DNA of 64,000 nucleotides from Octopus sinensis. Lineage: Eukaryota. This document shows, piece by piece, positions 12,389-24,939 of this stretch. The translations under genes and the position numbers were made by a program. The stretch lies in contig NC_043004.1 in the NCBI RefSeq assembly GCF_006345805.1, positions 27,342,001 through 27,406,000 of the forward strand. Direction: 5' to 3'. Position 1 is the first letter of the stretch; every line of letters begins with the position of its first letter. The notes beneath the pieces were generated by a model. That model was not told where the DNA came from and did no database searches. It worked only from the letters and a program-made list of their open reading frames with translations.

Positions 12389-12391
<3 letters not shown>

Positions 12392-12461
12392 AAAACGGAC
12401 GCTAAACGATGATGATGATGATGATGATGATATATATATATATAATATATATATATATATG

Positions 12462-12512
<51 letters not shown>

Positions 12513-12685
12513 TACACTCGCGGAGTGGTTGGCATTAGGAAGGGCATCCAGCTGTAGAAACACTGCCAGATCAGACTGGAGCCTGGTGCAGCTCCTGTCT
12601 TCCCAGACCCCGGTCGAACCGTCCGACCCGTGCTAGCGCGGAAAAAGGATGTTAAACGATGATGATGATGATGATGATGATGATA
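12389..12685 (+). mobile_element. Two RTE LINE 3'-end fragments separated by (TA)n
   Basis: 12389-12430 is tail only. 12510-12685 matches 840-1005. Confidence 0.85.
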
Positions 12686-13109
12686 CACACGCACACACAC
12701 ACACACACACACAGTTGGAGTGAGAAAGAATTAGAGAGAGAAGGATAGAAAATGTTAAGCATCATTTCATTTCCTGAGGGGCAGTCAAAGATCTTTTACA
12801 CCAAAATATAAATAAAGTAAGGAACAGTACTTTTGTTACATCTGATTAAACTTTTGTTATTATTATTAACACGCACAACATGGGAAGCTAGCAGAATCAT
12901 TACTGTACTGAACAAAATGCTCAGTGGAATTTTGTGTGTCTTTATGTTCTTTGTTCCAATTCCATGAAAGTCAGCTTTGCCTTCCGTCTTTTCAGGTTGG
13001 TCAAATAAGTACCAATCAAGCACTGGGGTTGATGCAATCAACTAGCCACCTACACCAAATTTTCAACCTGTAGTATAATTGATTCTTAACACACACACAC
13101 ACACACACA

Positions 13110-13429
13110 CACGTGTGTGGAGTTACCCTGGGTTTCCTGTCCATAAAGGGTTTAACTTTATGGCATATCGTCAGACCTTAAGACCTGTTGGCTTATGACC
13201 TCTTTAAAATATGGAGGGGAAAAGTCTGGATTATCTCCCTTCAGCCATGTATAGCTTGCAGCATTTCATTCCATTGATATGGGATCCTGAGTGTTCGAGG
13301 ATTTTCTATGAGATCAAGGGTGGAACTCCATCGTCTTTTAGTTGCTAAATGTGGCTGGCGAGCAATGATCCATACATGCAACTCTCAATAAATGTGTTGA
13401 ATGCCCTTCTTCAGTTTATCCACTCACTC

Positions 13430-13430
<1 letters not shown>
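13110..13430 (-). pseudogene. Penelope-like GIY-YIG endonuclease C-terminal remnant
   Basis: Minus-strand translation ASHI*QLKDDGVPPLIS*KILEHSGSHINGMKCCKLYMAE... (stops at positions where Trp is expected) resembles the Penelope pattern HIWQLK..WKIL..NG.K.C.LC.EK. Confidence 0.7.
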
Positions 13431-13453
<23 letters not shown>

Positions 13454-13461
<8 letters not shown>

Positions 13462-13680
13462 GAAAGAATGGAGTTGAACGACGAATTAACAAAATTCCTT
13501 TATTTTCGACAGATGTTTCGAAGGCTGCATATTCCTAATTTCGAAGGAATAAGGGGTGCATTATGCCACCTTCTCATCAGGAAAAACAAGGAACTTATGT
13601 CAGCATCAAGATGCACAAAAATTTTTAGATGACTGCCCACACGGAGCCCATAGCGTTCAACTCCATTCTTTCATTTATTT
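13454..13680 (-). mobile_element. Penelope-like foldback unit carrying a hammerhead
   Basis: A perfect 27-bp inverted repeat (13454-80, 13654-80) encloses the ribozyme. Homologous to 62370-62550. Confidence 0.75.
13496..13592 (-). ncRNA. Type I hammerhead ribozyme motif with long stem II
   Basis: Minus strand TCCTTGTTTTTC-CTGATGA-GAAGG..(54 nt stem II)..CCTTC-GAAA-C-atct-GTC-GAAAATAAAGGA. All core nucleotides are present. Predicted cut between 13508 and 13507. Confidence 0.85.
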
Positions 13681-14038
13681 GTATTAAAAAAACACACAAA
13701 TTTCCACACGAAAGCACGTTATCTCTGCCCTAGGCATGTAGCTTCAACCGTGTTTTTCTGACGTGAATTTGCTACCCAGGTATCGGTTAACCGAATTATC
13801 CATAATAAGATAATTCATTCAACTACTCAAATATTTATATATATATATATATATTATATATATATATGCATACATATGAGCATGCATATATACATACATA
13901 CATACAAACATGCATGTATATATTCTCACTCACTGGTACACTCACTCTATTTACCCATGTATTTGCCTACGTTAACTGAGGTTTGGTTTAAAATGTATAA
14001 TGAGGTTGTTAAATCTGTGATAAGCCTCAGTATTAGAC

Positions 14039-14287
14039 CAGTGTTTCTGAACCATTTTCTGCCTATGATTCCTGTTCATTCAACTGGTCCTTCTGTCATA
14101 TTCATTCAATGTTTAAAAAAGTCCTATTATATTTTCATAATTAGATATTAGTAGGAATTGTATTAGAAAATGTTAATATACTATGTGTATCGTTGAAATA
14201 TGACAGACCCACTTTATTGCACATAAATTTTAACAGCAAAATCTTTTGTGGACTCCAAGGGCCATGTGGACCCTGGTTGAGACCCTG
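14039..14287. mobile_element. hAT-type MITE
   Basis: Ends CAGTGTTTCTGAAC and GTTGAGACCCTG, with a degenerate 8-bp TSD TATTAGAC/ATTTAGAC. Confidence 0.75.
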
Positions 14288-15454
14288 ATTTAGACAGAAA
14301 CCTTTATTGCAAATAGATGCCTGTGAAGAGCACCATAGAGATAGTTAGCAACAGAAACAACAGTGGAGGCAACAACAACAACAACAATAACAAAGAGGTA
14401 GTTATAAGAAATATTCTTTGGAAAAGAAACACTTTAAAAAATTACATTAAGCTTAAAAGAATAATTATATTGCTTGTTTTAGTTTTGGAATCATTGCAGT
14501 AAATAGTAACTAATTCTTCATATTGTTCTATTATTTTAAAATGTCTCCATGATGAACATAGACTGAAGTGGAGGTGGGCATGGGAAGAATTCCTTATTGT
14601 TTACAATGATTTATTCTCTTCCTTTGCATATAAAAACCCAGCTTCTCTAATGTAAGAAGCCAGTTTTTCAAACACACCCCAGCATATAAACAAGCACAAA
14701 CACACACACATAGACATAAATACGTATCCATAAATACATGTGTGTTAATATATATACATACACACAAACTCACATACAATGCACATATATGCATGTATAT
14801 GTATAAATATATATATCTATATATAAGATGTATATATACAATCATTTGATTATATATGTACATCAAAAATATAGAACTTGCATAAAAATAATTATTTTTG
14901 TCATTTTTCAGTTTTTTTATCTTTGTTTCTGAATATGTTAACATAAAGGGATGTTGTTGAGTCTATATGAATAGTTCTATCACTACAACCTCCTTTGTAT
15001 CTGTGTCAGTGCATGCGTGTGTGTGTGTGTGTGTGTGTGTGTGCATAATATAAACCTGTCATATGTATGCATACTTATACATATATATATACACACATAC
15101 ATACACATTTATGTATATATGTATACTCACATATATACATACATGTGTGTATATATACATACATGCACGTGTATGTGTGTGTGTGTGTGTGTATTCTCAT
15201 TCAAAATAGAGATGAGTACCAACATTTCCATATAGCAGGTTTGAAAGAGATCCCCCTTTTAAATTAAGCCATTGGTAGCCTTGTTAACCTGGAAATAAAG
15301 AATTTTTTATCTACCAATATGGTGTTAGCATGTATATGTGTGCTTATATATCTGTGTGTGTGTATATATATATATGTGTGTGTGTGTATTTTTTTTTTCT
15401 TTTTTATCTATCTAGTTTCAGCTCACAAGCTGTGGCCATGCTGGGGCACCACCA

Positions 15455-15828
15455 TTTGGTGTTGCGACATGATTTTACTTCACGAATGCTTTTTAGCAAT
15501 TGCCATTTGGTGCATGAGAGAGTTCGATGCAGCTGCCCTCATCTGCACCTCCTGCCGTGAAGTTGGTTCATCCGGGACACCAGACAGGAAGAGATCCAGT
15601 TTCATTTTAAAGGCATCTGCATCCACCTCATGCAGGTCTCTTAGGTTCTTCGGGAGGATATTGAAATGCTGTGGGCCTTGGAAGCCCAGGCTATCACAGT
15701 ATCTTGTCCTACATCTTGATGGCAAATTTGAAGTCCTTGGCACTATGCAGTGGCACCCAGTTCTGGCATTTGTGTAACTCTCGATGCCAAAGTTTGGGAC
15801 AAGTCCTTCTAGGATCTTCCAGATCTTC
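15455..15828 (-). mobile_element. CR1-like LINE 3' fragment
   Basis: ORF text KILEDL.PNF...GPQHFNILPKNLR..FKMKLDLFLSGVPDEP. Homologous to 29395-29910. Confidence 0.75.
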
Positions 15829-15875
15829 CATATATATATATATATATATATATGTAGATAGATAGATAGATAGAT

Positions 15876-15925
<50 letters not shown>

Positions 15926-16390
15926 GTAGGTATGCATGTATATCTACATATATATAGCCATCTCTGTGTTATTTTAACTGCATATACAGCAATGATAAGC
16001 ATGATGCTATTTTGTTTTCAGTTGTATTGTCAATGAGAAAATCTCTTCATAGAGATGTTGTGTGGTAAAAGCATAATATTAATCGGAGTAAGGTAATCAT
16101 TGTTGCTGCACAGTGATCTACAAGAATGATCAACACATTTCTAATACTGATAGGGACTTGTCAATGCCATGTTTCCATTCGTTATTGCTTTGTCAAAATT
16201 CATGCTTTGATAAATGAGAAACAGTGAATATTCCAGAAATTTTGCTAGGCTGTACTATATAATGTATACACAATTGAAACAACATTGGATTTAAATTTCT
16301 TCAGTGATTCTCCATTCCACATGTCTTTTCTGTATCTGTTTATTCCGTTAAGATTTAAATTATTTTCTGTGTATTATATGAAAATTTAAC

Positions 16391-16800
16391 CGTTATGTAA
16401 ACCTCCTTGAGGAATGTGAAGACGCAGGCTGGAAAGCGGAACATTTTCCAATCGAAGTCGGATGTAGAGGGTTCGTTGGACACAGTGTGAGACGACTGTT
16501 GTTATTGCTAGGCCTAACTCATCGTAAAGTCAATACCACCATGACTGATATCCAATCTACAGTGGAGAAGGCTAGACACTGGATTTGGTTAAAAAGAGAC
16601 GATGAGCGATGGCTAGAAGGATATTGAGTTCTTCATAACCAGCTGATCTAGCAAGCGGGGCCTCATATCAGTTAGGGGGGCCGGTGCGCATTGATGCCGT
16701 CGAGAGGTAGGCCCTGAAACAGCGCGCATTCTCTCCTGATGACCCCATACACTTGCTGGCTTCCGGTATACGGAGTTTTTGACTGGTAGCACTTGCATGT
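16391..16800 (+). mobile_element. Restriction-like-endonuclease LINE (HERO-type) 3' end
   Basis: 16391-16627 is open: RYVNLLEECEDAGWKAEHFPIEVGCRGFVGHSVRRLL...VEKARHWIWLKRDDERW. The PxEVGCRGF and WIWxKR motifs are typical of HERO-clade RLE C-termini. A GC-rich 3'UTR follows. Confidence 0.85.
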
Positions 16801-17082
16801 GCAAGTTGTTTGCAAGACAACATATAATGCGGTATGTTGTGTTTTGAATGCATGTCTATGAAAATATTTTTCTCTTAGACAAAAACAAAAAATAAAACGC
16901 AGCATCATAACCTTTCACTAGTTTGATATACTGAAGGTGATTTTCATTTAAAACTGTTTCAGTTGCATCCACCAATAAACCAATAAATCTCTTTGTCTCC
17001 TGTCTCACTAACTCTCTCTCTCTCTCTTTCTCTCTCAATATATATATACACACACTCACATACATACAAATATACATACATA

Positions 17083-17478
17083 TTCTCTCTTTTACTTGTT
17101 TCAGTCATTTGACTGCGGCCATGCTGGAGCACCGCCTTTAATCGAGCAACTCGACCCCGGGACTTATTCTTTTGTAAGCCCAGTACTTATTCTATCGGTC
17201 TCTTTTGCCGAACCGCTAGGTAACGGGGACATAAACACACCAGCATCGGTTGTCATGCAATGCTAGGGGAACAAACACAGACACACAAACACACACGCAT
17301 ATATATACATATATACGACGGGTTTCTTTCAGTTTCCGTCTACCAAATCCACTCACAAGGCTTTGGTCGGCCCGAGGCTATAGTAGAAGACACTTACCCA
17401 TGGTGCCATGCAGTGGGACTGAACCAGGGACCATGTGGTTGGTAAACAAGCTACTTACCACACAGCCACTCCTGCGCC
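17083..17478 (-). mobile_element. SINE family A
   Basis: Young full-length copy. Confidence 0.95.
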
Positions 17479-17810
17479 TATATACATATATATATATATT
17501 AATTATAATAAATTATATTAAAGGGTAAAAATCATTACTGATTTTACCAAGGGGTTAGCACAGAAATAAAAACCATAGAGGTAAATTTTACAAATATTTT
17601 AATAATTATATACATAATTATAACAAGGGATTGGCTATAAGCCTCTCCACCTGACTACAACCCAGTGTTTTATTCTCAGAGTTTTTAAGGTGGTAATAGC
17701 ATCTTTTGGCATCTATTTTTCCAGTGCATAGAGAGGCTTATAGCCAACCCCTTGTTATAATTATGTATATAATTATTGCAATATACACACACACAAACAC
17801 ACATATATAT

Positions 17811-17878
<68 letters not shown>

Positions 17879-18169
17879 GTATGAATGGACAGCTCTGTCT
17901 ATGCTACCTATGTTTCTGTAGCATGACTGTTTATTCATTGATTCATAATATTACCTTCTGTTAATTTATTATATAGCTACACCATTCCTTCAGGCAATAT
18001 TGAACATTTTCTAGTAAAACCAACCTGTAAAAAAAAATATGTTCACAGAATAATTTATACTTTGAATTCAGGTGTTTTAGAAGGAAAAGAAATGTTGATA
18101 CAAGAATCCCAATTAAGAGAGATGATTTGATAAACAGATAAACAACCAGTCAATCAGTTTTATATTCTG

Positions 18170-18243
18170 AAAGTAGTATTAGTAGTAGTAGTAGTAGTAG
18201 TAGTAGCAGTGGTGGTGGTGGTGGTGGTGGTGGTGGTGGTGTG

Positions 18244-18303
<60 letters not shown>

Positions 18304-18305
18304 AT
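18170..18305. repeat. Compound (AGT)n/(GGT)n microsatellite
   Basis: Read directly from the sequence. Confidence 0.95.
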
Positions 18306-18619
18306 GGTAGATTTCACAGGTTGACAATGAAGTGGCTAATACTGTCTCTCTCTTATCTTTATTTACCAGCCAAAATATTATCAATGACACGAGCAATAAA
18401 TTATTCAACTGTCAACACAATAGATCTTACAAGTAAGTTTCCATCACCAGATAATATAGTATTGTCCCCACTTAGTAGTTGGTAAGTTTTATGAGAAAAG
18501 AAAAAGCTATAAACCATTTTTAGCATACATAATACATATTATATGCTCATACATGTATACATATATATATTTACACATATATACATACACATGCATCTGT
18601 ACATCATCCCCATCATTAT

Positions 18620-19500
18620 TACCATCATCATCATCATCATTTAACGTCTATTTTCCATGCTAGCATGGGTTGGACGGTTTGGCAGGCACTGGTAAGCCAG
18701 AGAATTACACCAGACTCCCATTGTCTGTTCTGGAAGGGAATCCAGCCATATTCTATGGCTGGATTCCCTTCCTAATGCCAACAAATTTACAGTGCACAGG
18801 GTACTTTTTACATGGCACCAGCATAGGTGCTTTTTTACATGGCACCAGCACCAATGGTTTGCCAAGTAGCTTGCAAGACAGAGACTTCTCAGCTGAGAGA
18901 GGGAGTAGAACCAAGGGGACTGACTGTGTGTTAGGTGAGATGTTAGAGTATGATAGAGGGACAGAGATAGCTGTTTTATTATAGAGAAGATACTTGGCTA
19001 GTATCTCCTTAATAATGTCCTAGTAGGATCAGAAAGGTGAAAATTAGAGAGAAAGATAGAGAGACAGATTGAGGGGGAATGAGAGAGAGGCTATCCACTG
19101 AGAACAGTGGGGAGAGCATAGGTAGTGAAGGAGATAGGAGAATGTTCCAGAAAACTGTGAGGGAGTCTTCTTTGGCATGGGTTTTACAACTGGACGCCCT
19201 TCCTAATATAAACCTCTTTACAAAGTGAACTGGGTGCTTTTTATGTGGCACCAGCACTGAAAAGGTCTCCTTTGTCATTGTTTTTATGGCTAGATGCCCT
19301 TCCTAATGACAAACCACTTTACAGAATGGATTGGATGCTTTCCTATGTGGCACCTGTGGTGGCAAGGTCACCAAGTAACTTGCAAGACAAAGCTCTTTTG
19401 AGTGGAGTGGGCATTGGAGGAGGTGGCCTTGTGTCGGCTGATGAGAGGTTAGAGTTTGACAGATGGACAGAAACAGGGGGTTTTGCTGTAGAGAAGATGC
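18620..19500 (-). mobile_element. Two tandem diverged RTE 3'UTR copies
   Basis: (CAT)n-TTAACGTC start at about 18620 and a second GATGCCCTTCCTAA module at about 19190-19500. Confidence 0.7.
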
Positions 19501-20152
19501 ATGGTTACCCCAGTCGGAGGGAGAAAGTGAGAGAGAGAGAGAGTAAGCAAGGGAGAGGGAGCAAGAATGGGAGAGCAAGAATAAGTGAGAGCAAGAATGA
19601 AATAGAGAAAGTGAAAGTGAGAGAGAATGGGAGAAATAGTGGTAAAGTGCAAGGGTACACTCTCAAGATATGAGGATGAGAATATAAATGGGATTGTAGA
19701 GGATAGCCCAGGGTGCAAAAATAGGAAGTTCACATGAATGCAGGTAGGGATGGAAGGACTGGATGGGCTGTAGGAGTGGGAAGAGATAAACAAGCATAAT
19801 ACATGAAGAAGAGGAGATGTAGTTTGGTTTATTGGGGTAGAGTGCATGGAAAAATTTAATGTGACATGTGGGTGGAAGATATAGCACCCCCAGAACTCAG
19901 TTTTACTCCTCTGTTAGGCCCAACATCTTGAGATTAGCTCTCACTTCTTCATCACATATCTTCTTGGATTTCTTTCTTCAAGATGCCAAATTGAACCTAG
20001 AGCCATGCAGTTGGGAAGAAAACTTCTTATCATACAGCCACACCTGCACCTATATAGATAGATTGACACGTAGAAAGATAGACATTCTGACAAACAGATA
20101 GATAGATAGAGAAATAGACAGGCAGACAGATAAATACAAATATATATATATG

Positions 20153-20557
20153 TACTCTTTTACTCTTTTACTTGTTTCAGTCATTTGACTGCGGCCATGC
20201 TGGAGCACCGCCTTAAATCGAGCAAATCGACCCCAGGACTTATTCTTTGTAAGCCCAGTACTTATTCTATCAGTCTCTTTTGCCGAACCACTAAGTGACA
20301 GGGACATGAACACACCAGCATCGGTTGTCAAGCGATGCTAGGGGGACAAACACAGACACACAAACACACACACATATACATATATATACATATATACGAC
20401 AGCTTCTTTCAGTTTCCGTCTACCAAATCCACTCACAAGGCATTGGTCGGCCCGGGGCTATAGTAGAAGACACTTGCCCAGGTGCCACACAGTGGGACTG
20501 AACCCGAAACCATGTGGTTGGTAAACAAGCTACTTACCACACAGCCACTCCTGCGCC
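20153..20557 (-). mobile_element. SINE family A
   Basis: Young full-length copy. Confidence 0.95.
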
Positions 20558-21589
20558 TATATATATATATATATAAATTTCATTCAAGTGTTAGCCTTGG
20601 AGTCTTTTAAGCTCATAAACAAGTACAGACTATCAGATATGACTTTAAATCTGAGACAGATTGCTTAACAGATCATATTTCTGAAAATCCATAAATATCC
20701 ATAGTTGCATGTATTATATAATAATGATACAGCAATACCTTTGCGATTGAATATTGATGAAACAGTTGTAAATTTATGTAATAAAATGAGTTGCTCACTC
20801 CATACTCCTTGTGAATAATCGTATATAAGTACACACATGCAGATATACACACACACACACATACACACACAGACACGCACACACAGACACACACACACAC
20901 ACACACACACAGACACACAGACACACACACACACACACACACACATGCAGTGTATGTATTATCTGTGTCTAAGACTATTGGTTTTAACAGTGATTAATGG
21001 ATCAATAAGTATGGATTACTAAAAGCATCATGTCCAACCAAAATGAGTAACAGTCTTCCATACTTTTACCAAAGCAGTTCAATAAAATAGAATTGAACAC
21101 TTAACTGATCTCCTTTAAGTAGATTTAATTTCCTATTACTTTCGCTATATTACTTCATATTAGCATACGCACAGAAGCATGCATACATACTTCACCCCTA
21201 TCCCCCTCCCTCTCTCTATCCATTTTCCTTCTCTATGCCTCTACTTCTCTCTCTATCCTTTTACTTCTCTCTCTACCCCTCTACCTCTCTCTATCCCTCT
21301 CTTTCCTACCTGTCTTTCTCCTATTGCCATTTACCATTTTAGGTGTAAATCTATTTATTAGCTTCTCTTCCAGGTATGTCAATGTGAAGCATACTAGTAG
21401 TAGTAGTAGTAGTAGTAGTGGAAGTGATGGTGGTGGTGGTGGTGGTGGTGGCGGGGCGGTGGTGGTGGTGGTGATGCCGCTGCTGCTGCTGATAGTGTTT
21501 GTAGTGGCAATAACAGTGGTACTTATAGTGGTAGTGGTTGTGGTAGTAAAGACTAAGGTCCGAGTAAACAAGAAAACTGACAGGACCTT

Positions 21590-22317
21590 ACCCACCTCAG
21601 GTAGGGTTAGGGTCAGGTAGGTTTCCCTGTCTGATGTGTTGGAAAGGTGTAGGCAGGAACTCCATACAATGTACCCAGTGTAAGCTATGGACATGCAAGA
21701 GGTGCAGTGGATTAGGAACACTGGGAAGAGTTTTTGTATGTGGAAGATACACTGGATCCATAAAAACTTCAGAGACTTGGGAAATTGATTCTCTCAAATG
21801 CCCTGGTGGCTCATTAGAAGTAGTAGATAATTTCTGCTACCTAGGGGACGAAATTAGTAGTGGGGAGGATGCAGAGTGAGATAACTAGAATAAGCATAGC
21901 ATGGAGGAAATTCAGAGAGCTGTTACTTCTGTTGGCCATGGAAGGCTTCTCGCTCTGAGTGAAAGGAAGACTGTATGATGCATGTATATGGATAGCAATT
22001 CTACATGGTAGTGATATGTGAGCCCTAAATGTAGAGGACATGTGAAGGTTAGAAAGGGATAAGCCTATATGATTTGCAGGATGTGCAGTGTAAGTGTACA
22101 TGTTCAACAGAGTGCCAGCATTCGGAGAGAGAAGTTAGGCATCAGCGGAATCGGTTGCTGTGTGCAAGGCAGAAGACTGTGCTGGTTTGATCATGCAACG
22201 CAGATGGGTGCCGACAGCTCCATAAAGAAGTACCAGTCTCTCAAAATAGCTGGAACACATGGAAGTGAGAGACCCAGGAAGACATGGGATGAAGTACTGA
22301 AGAACGACCTCAGGATG

Positions 22318-22320
<3 letters not shown>
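21590..22320 (+). pseudogene. RTE LINE RT C-terminal fragment (frameshifted)
   Basis: C.KGVGRNSIQCTQCKLW, VDNFCYLGD, RRLCWFDH and RPRKTW motifs across several frames. Confidence 0.85.
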
Positions 22321-22353
<33 letters not shown>

Positions 22354-22874
22354 ACACACACGTGCACACACAGAGTCATAAAGCTTCAAATGTACATATC
22401 ACCATGACATTATTCTGCCATGCCATAAAACACGTCAACTACCCCAAACAGACTAAACAGAGTTACCAGCCTTTGCAACAAACAAGAAAACACTTGTAAA
22501 GTTGTTTACATGAATTCAGTATAAATTTTATTAATTAATTTGCAGAGAGAATTATTATATTTTATTTTGATATTTCTGTAGATTTCATTTGTATTTCTTT
22601 CTTTTTAATCTCAGTATATGTTGATAGCTGGCATGTACAGAAGGAATGGTTTATTTTTTACCTGATTAAAAGATACATATGTCTCTCATGTGAATGATCT
22701 GTAAGTTTCGAAAATATTTAATTAAATTATATGCAGATGTGAACTGTAAATAGTTGGGTGGGGGTGTGGGTGTTCTCACAGTTCCATTTAACCATTCTTA
22801 ATGTATTGCAAACTGAAATCATTTCAAATATGCACCACTACGACTATTTTGTCTGCTAAATATCAGAAAATAGA

Positions 22875-23280
22875 AACCTATATCTACTTGTCTTTATTAG
22901 TATTTTGTAATCATCATCAGCATCATTTTAATGTCCACTTTTTAATCCTTGCATGGATCACATGGAGTTTATTGAAGCCAATTTTCAATGGACGGATGTC
23001 CTACCTGTCATCACTCATCTCTTTCCAAGCAAGGTAATTATTTCCGGTGGCCAGGTATGTTTACACAAAATACTGGAACCTATATCTACTTGTCTTTATT
23101 AGCATTTTGTAATCATCATCAGCATCATTTTAATGTCCACTTTTTAATCCTTGCATGGATCACATGGAGTTTATTGAAGCCAATTTTCAATGGACGGATG
23201 TCCTACCTGTCATCACTCATCTCTTTCCAAGCAAGGTAATTATTTCCGGTGGTCAGGTATGTTTACACAAAATACTGGAA
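22875..23280. repeat. Tandem duplication, 2 x 202 bp
   Basis: The unit beginning AACCTATATCTACTTG recurs at 23077, with two substitutions seen. Confidence 0.95.
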
Positions 23281-23544
23281 TTAAATAACATTGCTTGTAT
23301 GGTAGTGGCACTCATTTACAACTTATCACATGATGTCAAGGCTAGAGGGTGTGATTTATCTTAGAACTTCAATATCATATACCAATGATGGATCACCCCG
23401 ACAGAGTTACAACTGGATCTGTAATTGAATTGTGCAACCCCTGTATGATCACTGAACTTGCTCAAAATAATGTCAAATACTCCCTGAATCACCCGTTAAA
23501 GATAGAACAAAACATTGGATCATGTAGTCCTAGATATACTGTGT

Positions 23545-24012
23545 GTAAAATAATGACTTCAAACTTAAAATCTTCAAAGCCACAGTCAAACCAATTCTAC
23601 TATATGGCTCAGAAACCTGGACGTTATCAAAGAAGCTTGAGAGGCAGTTGGATGGAACCTACACTTGCCTCCTTATGAGAGCTCAAAATCTTTCGTGGAA
23701 GCGCCATCCAACCAGAATGCAAATATATGGGAAACTACCACCTGTGTCATCTCTTGTTAAAGGTAGGAGAGTCCAGTTTGCTGGACATTGTTGTAGAGCT
23801 GAAAAAGAGGTAATTTCTACTCTTCTCCTCTGGAAGCCATCAACTTGCAATACCAGAGGGCGCACACTCTTCTACCCTGATGTAATCTCCAGGGATACAG
23901 GCATCCAGCAACAGGACCTCCGTAATGCCATGATGGACCGTGAAGTCTGGCGTAGCATGGTAAATTCCATTGTCTCGACCACGGTCGAACAATGATGATA
24001 ATGATGATGATG
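23545..24012 (+). mobile_element. RTE/RTE-X-like LINE 3' end, second family
   Basis: ILLYGSETW...RRVQFAGHCCRA..LLLW..DREVWR, stop at 23995, immediately followed by an (ATG)n tail. Confidence 0.85.
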
Positions 24013-24654
24013 TAATTTGTAGCTGGAATACCTTTGATTGTAGGTCAGCCCAGTCAGTACTGACCAATGAAATCTTCATATTGTGTCTTAGCATCTCAAA
24101 AGGTATGATAGATATATAATACTGTATACAGAATTTTTAAAATTGATCACTTTTGATCATGTGTTTTCTCAGTGTGAGTGAGCTTGCATTAAACAAAAAT
24201 AACAACAACAATAACAGCTATCCTTCCAAAACAAACCATCAAGTAAAAAATAAACCATTGAGCTAGAATATTGGTGGAACAATGAAAATTTATAGAAAAC
24301 AAACAGACAGATATTTAGGCTGGCAGTAATTATGAGAATAAAGGAGAGGTGAGATTTGTAGACAAAACACCTACTTCAAAACATCACTAAGAAAGGCTTT
24401 CTTATTATCATTATGGGGTTTAAGTGATGTGGTTTTATCTTTTGGTTTATTTAAAATTAATTTCTTCCACATAAATAGAGGCTTAGCTGTGTGGTTATGA
24501 CTTTGTTTCAGAACCACATGGTTCCAGGTTCAAACTCACTGTTCAGTAACACCTTGGCCATGTGTCTTCTACTGTAGTGTCAGGCTGACAAGTATCTTGG
24601 GGGGGAGGGGGCTGTAACCATTAAGAAACCCTTCAAATACACACACATACCTTT

Positions 24655-24870
24655 TATTGTCTACTTGTTTCAGACTGTGGCCATGCTGGAGCACCTGCTT
24701 GTAGAATTTTCAGTCAAATGAATTGACCCCAGTACTTTTTTTTAGTTACACTTGGTACTTATTCTATCAGTCCCTTTTGTTGAACCACTAAGTTACAGTG
24801 ACATAAACACACCAACACTGGTTGTCAATTGGTGGTGGTGGACAAACACAGACATGAAGGCACACACACA
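24655..24870 (-). mobile_element. SINE family A, diverged 3' half
   Basis: GGCCATGCTGGAGCAC and GACCCCAG motifs. Confidence 0.7.
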
Positions 24871-24899
24871 CACACACCCAAACACACACACATACACCA

Positions 24900-24906
24900 T
24901 CCTCAT

Positions 24907-24939
<33 letters not shown>

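Noticed and set aside
19438-19490. CTGATGA...GAAAC as a hammerhead
   Set aside because: No stem II or stem I pairing. It lies in a decayed LINE UTR.
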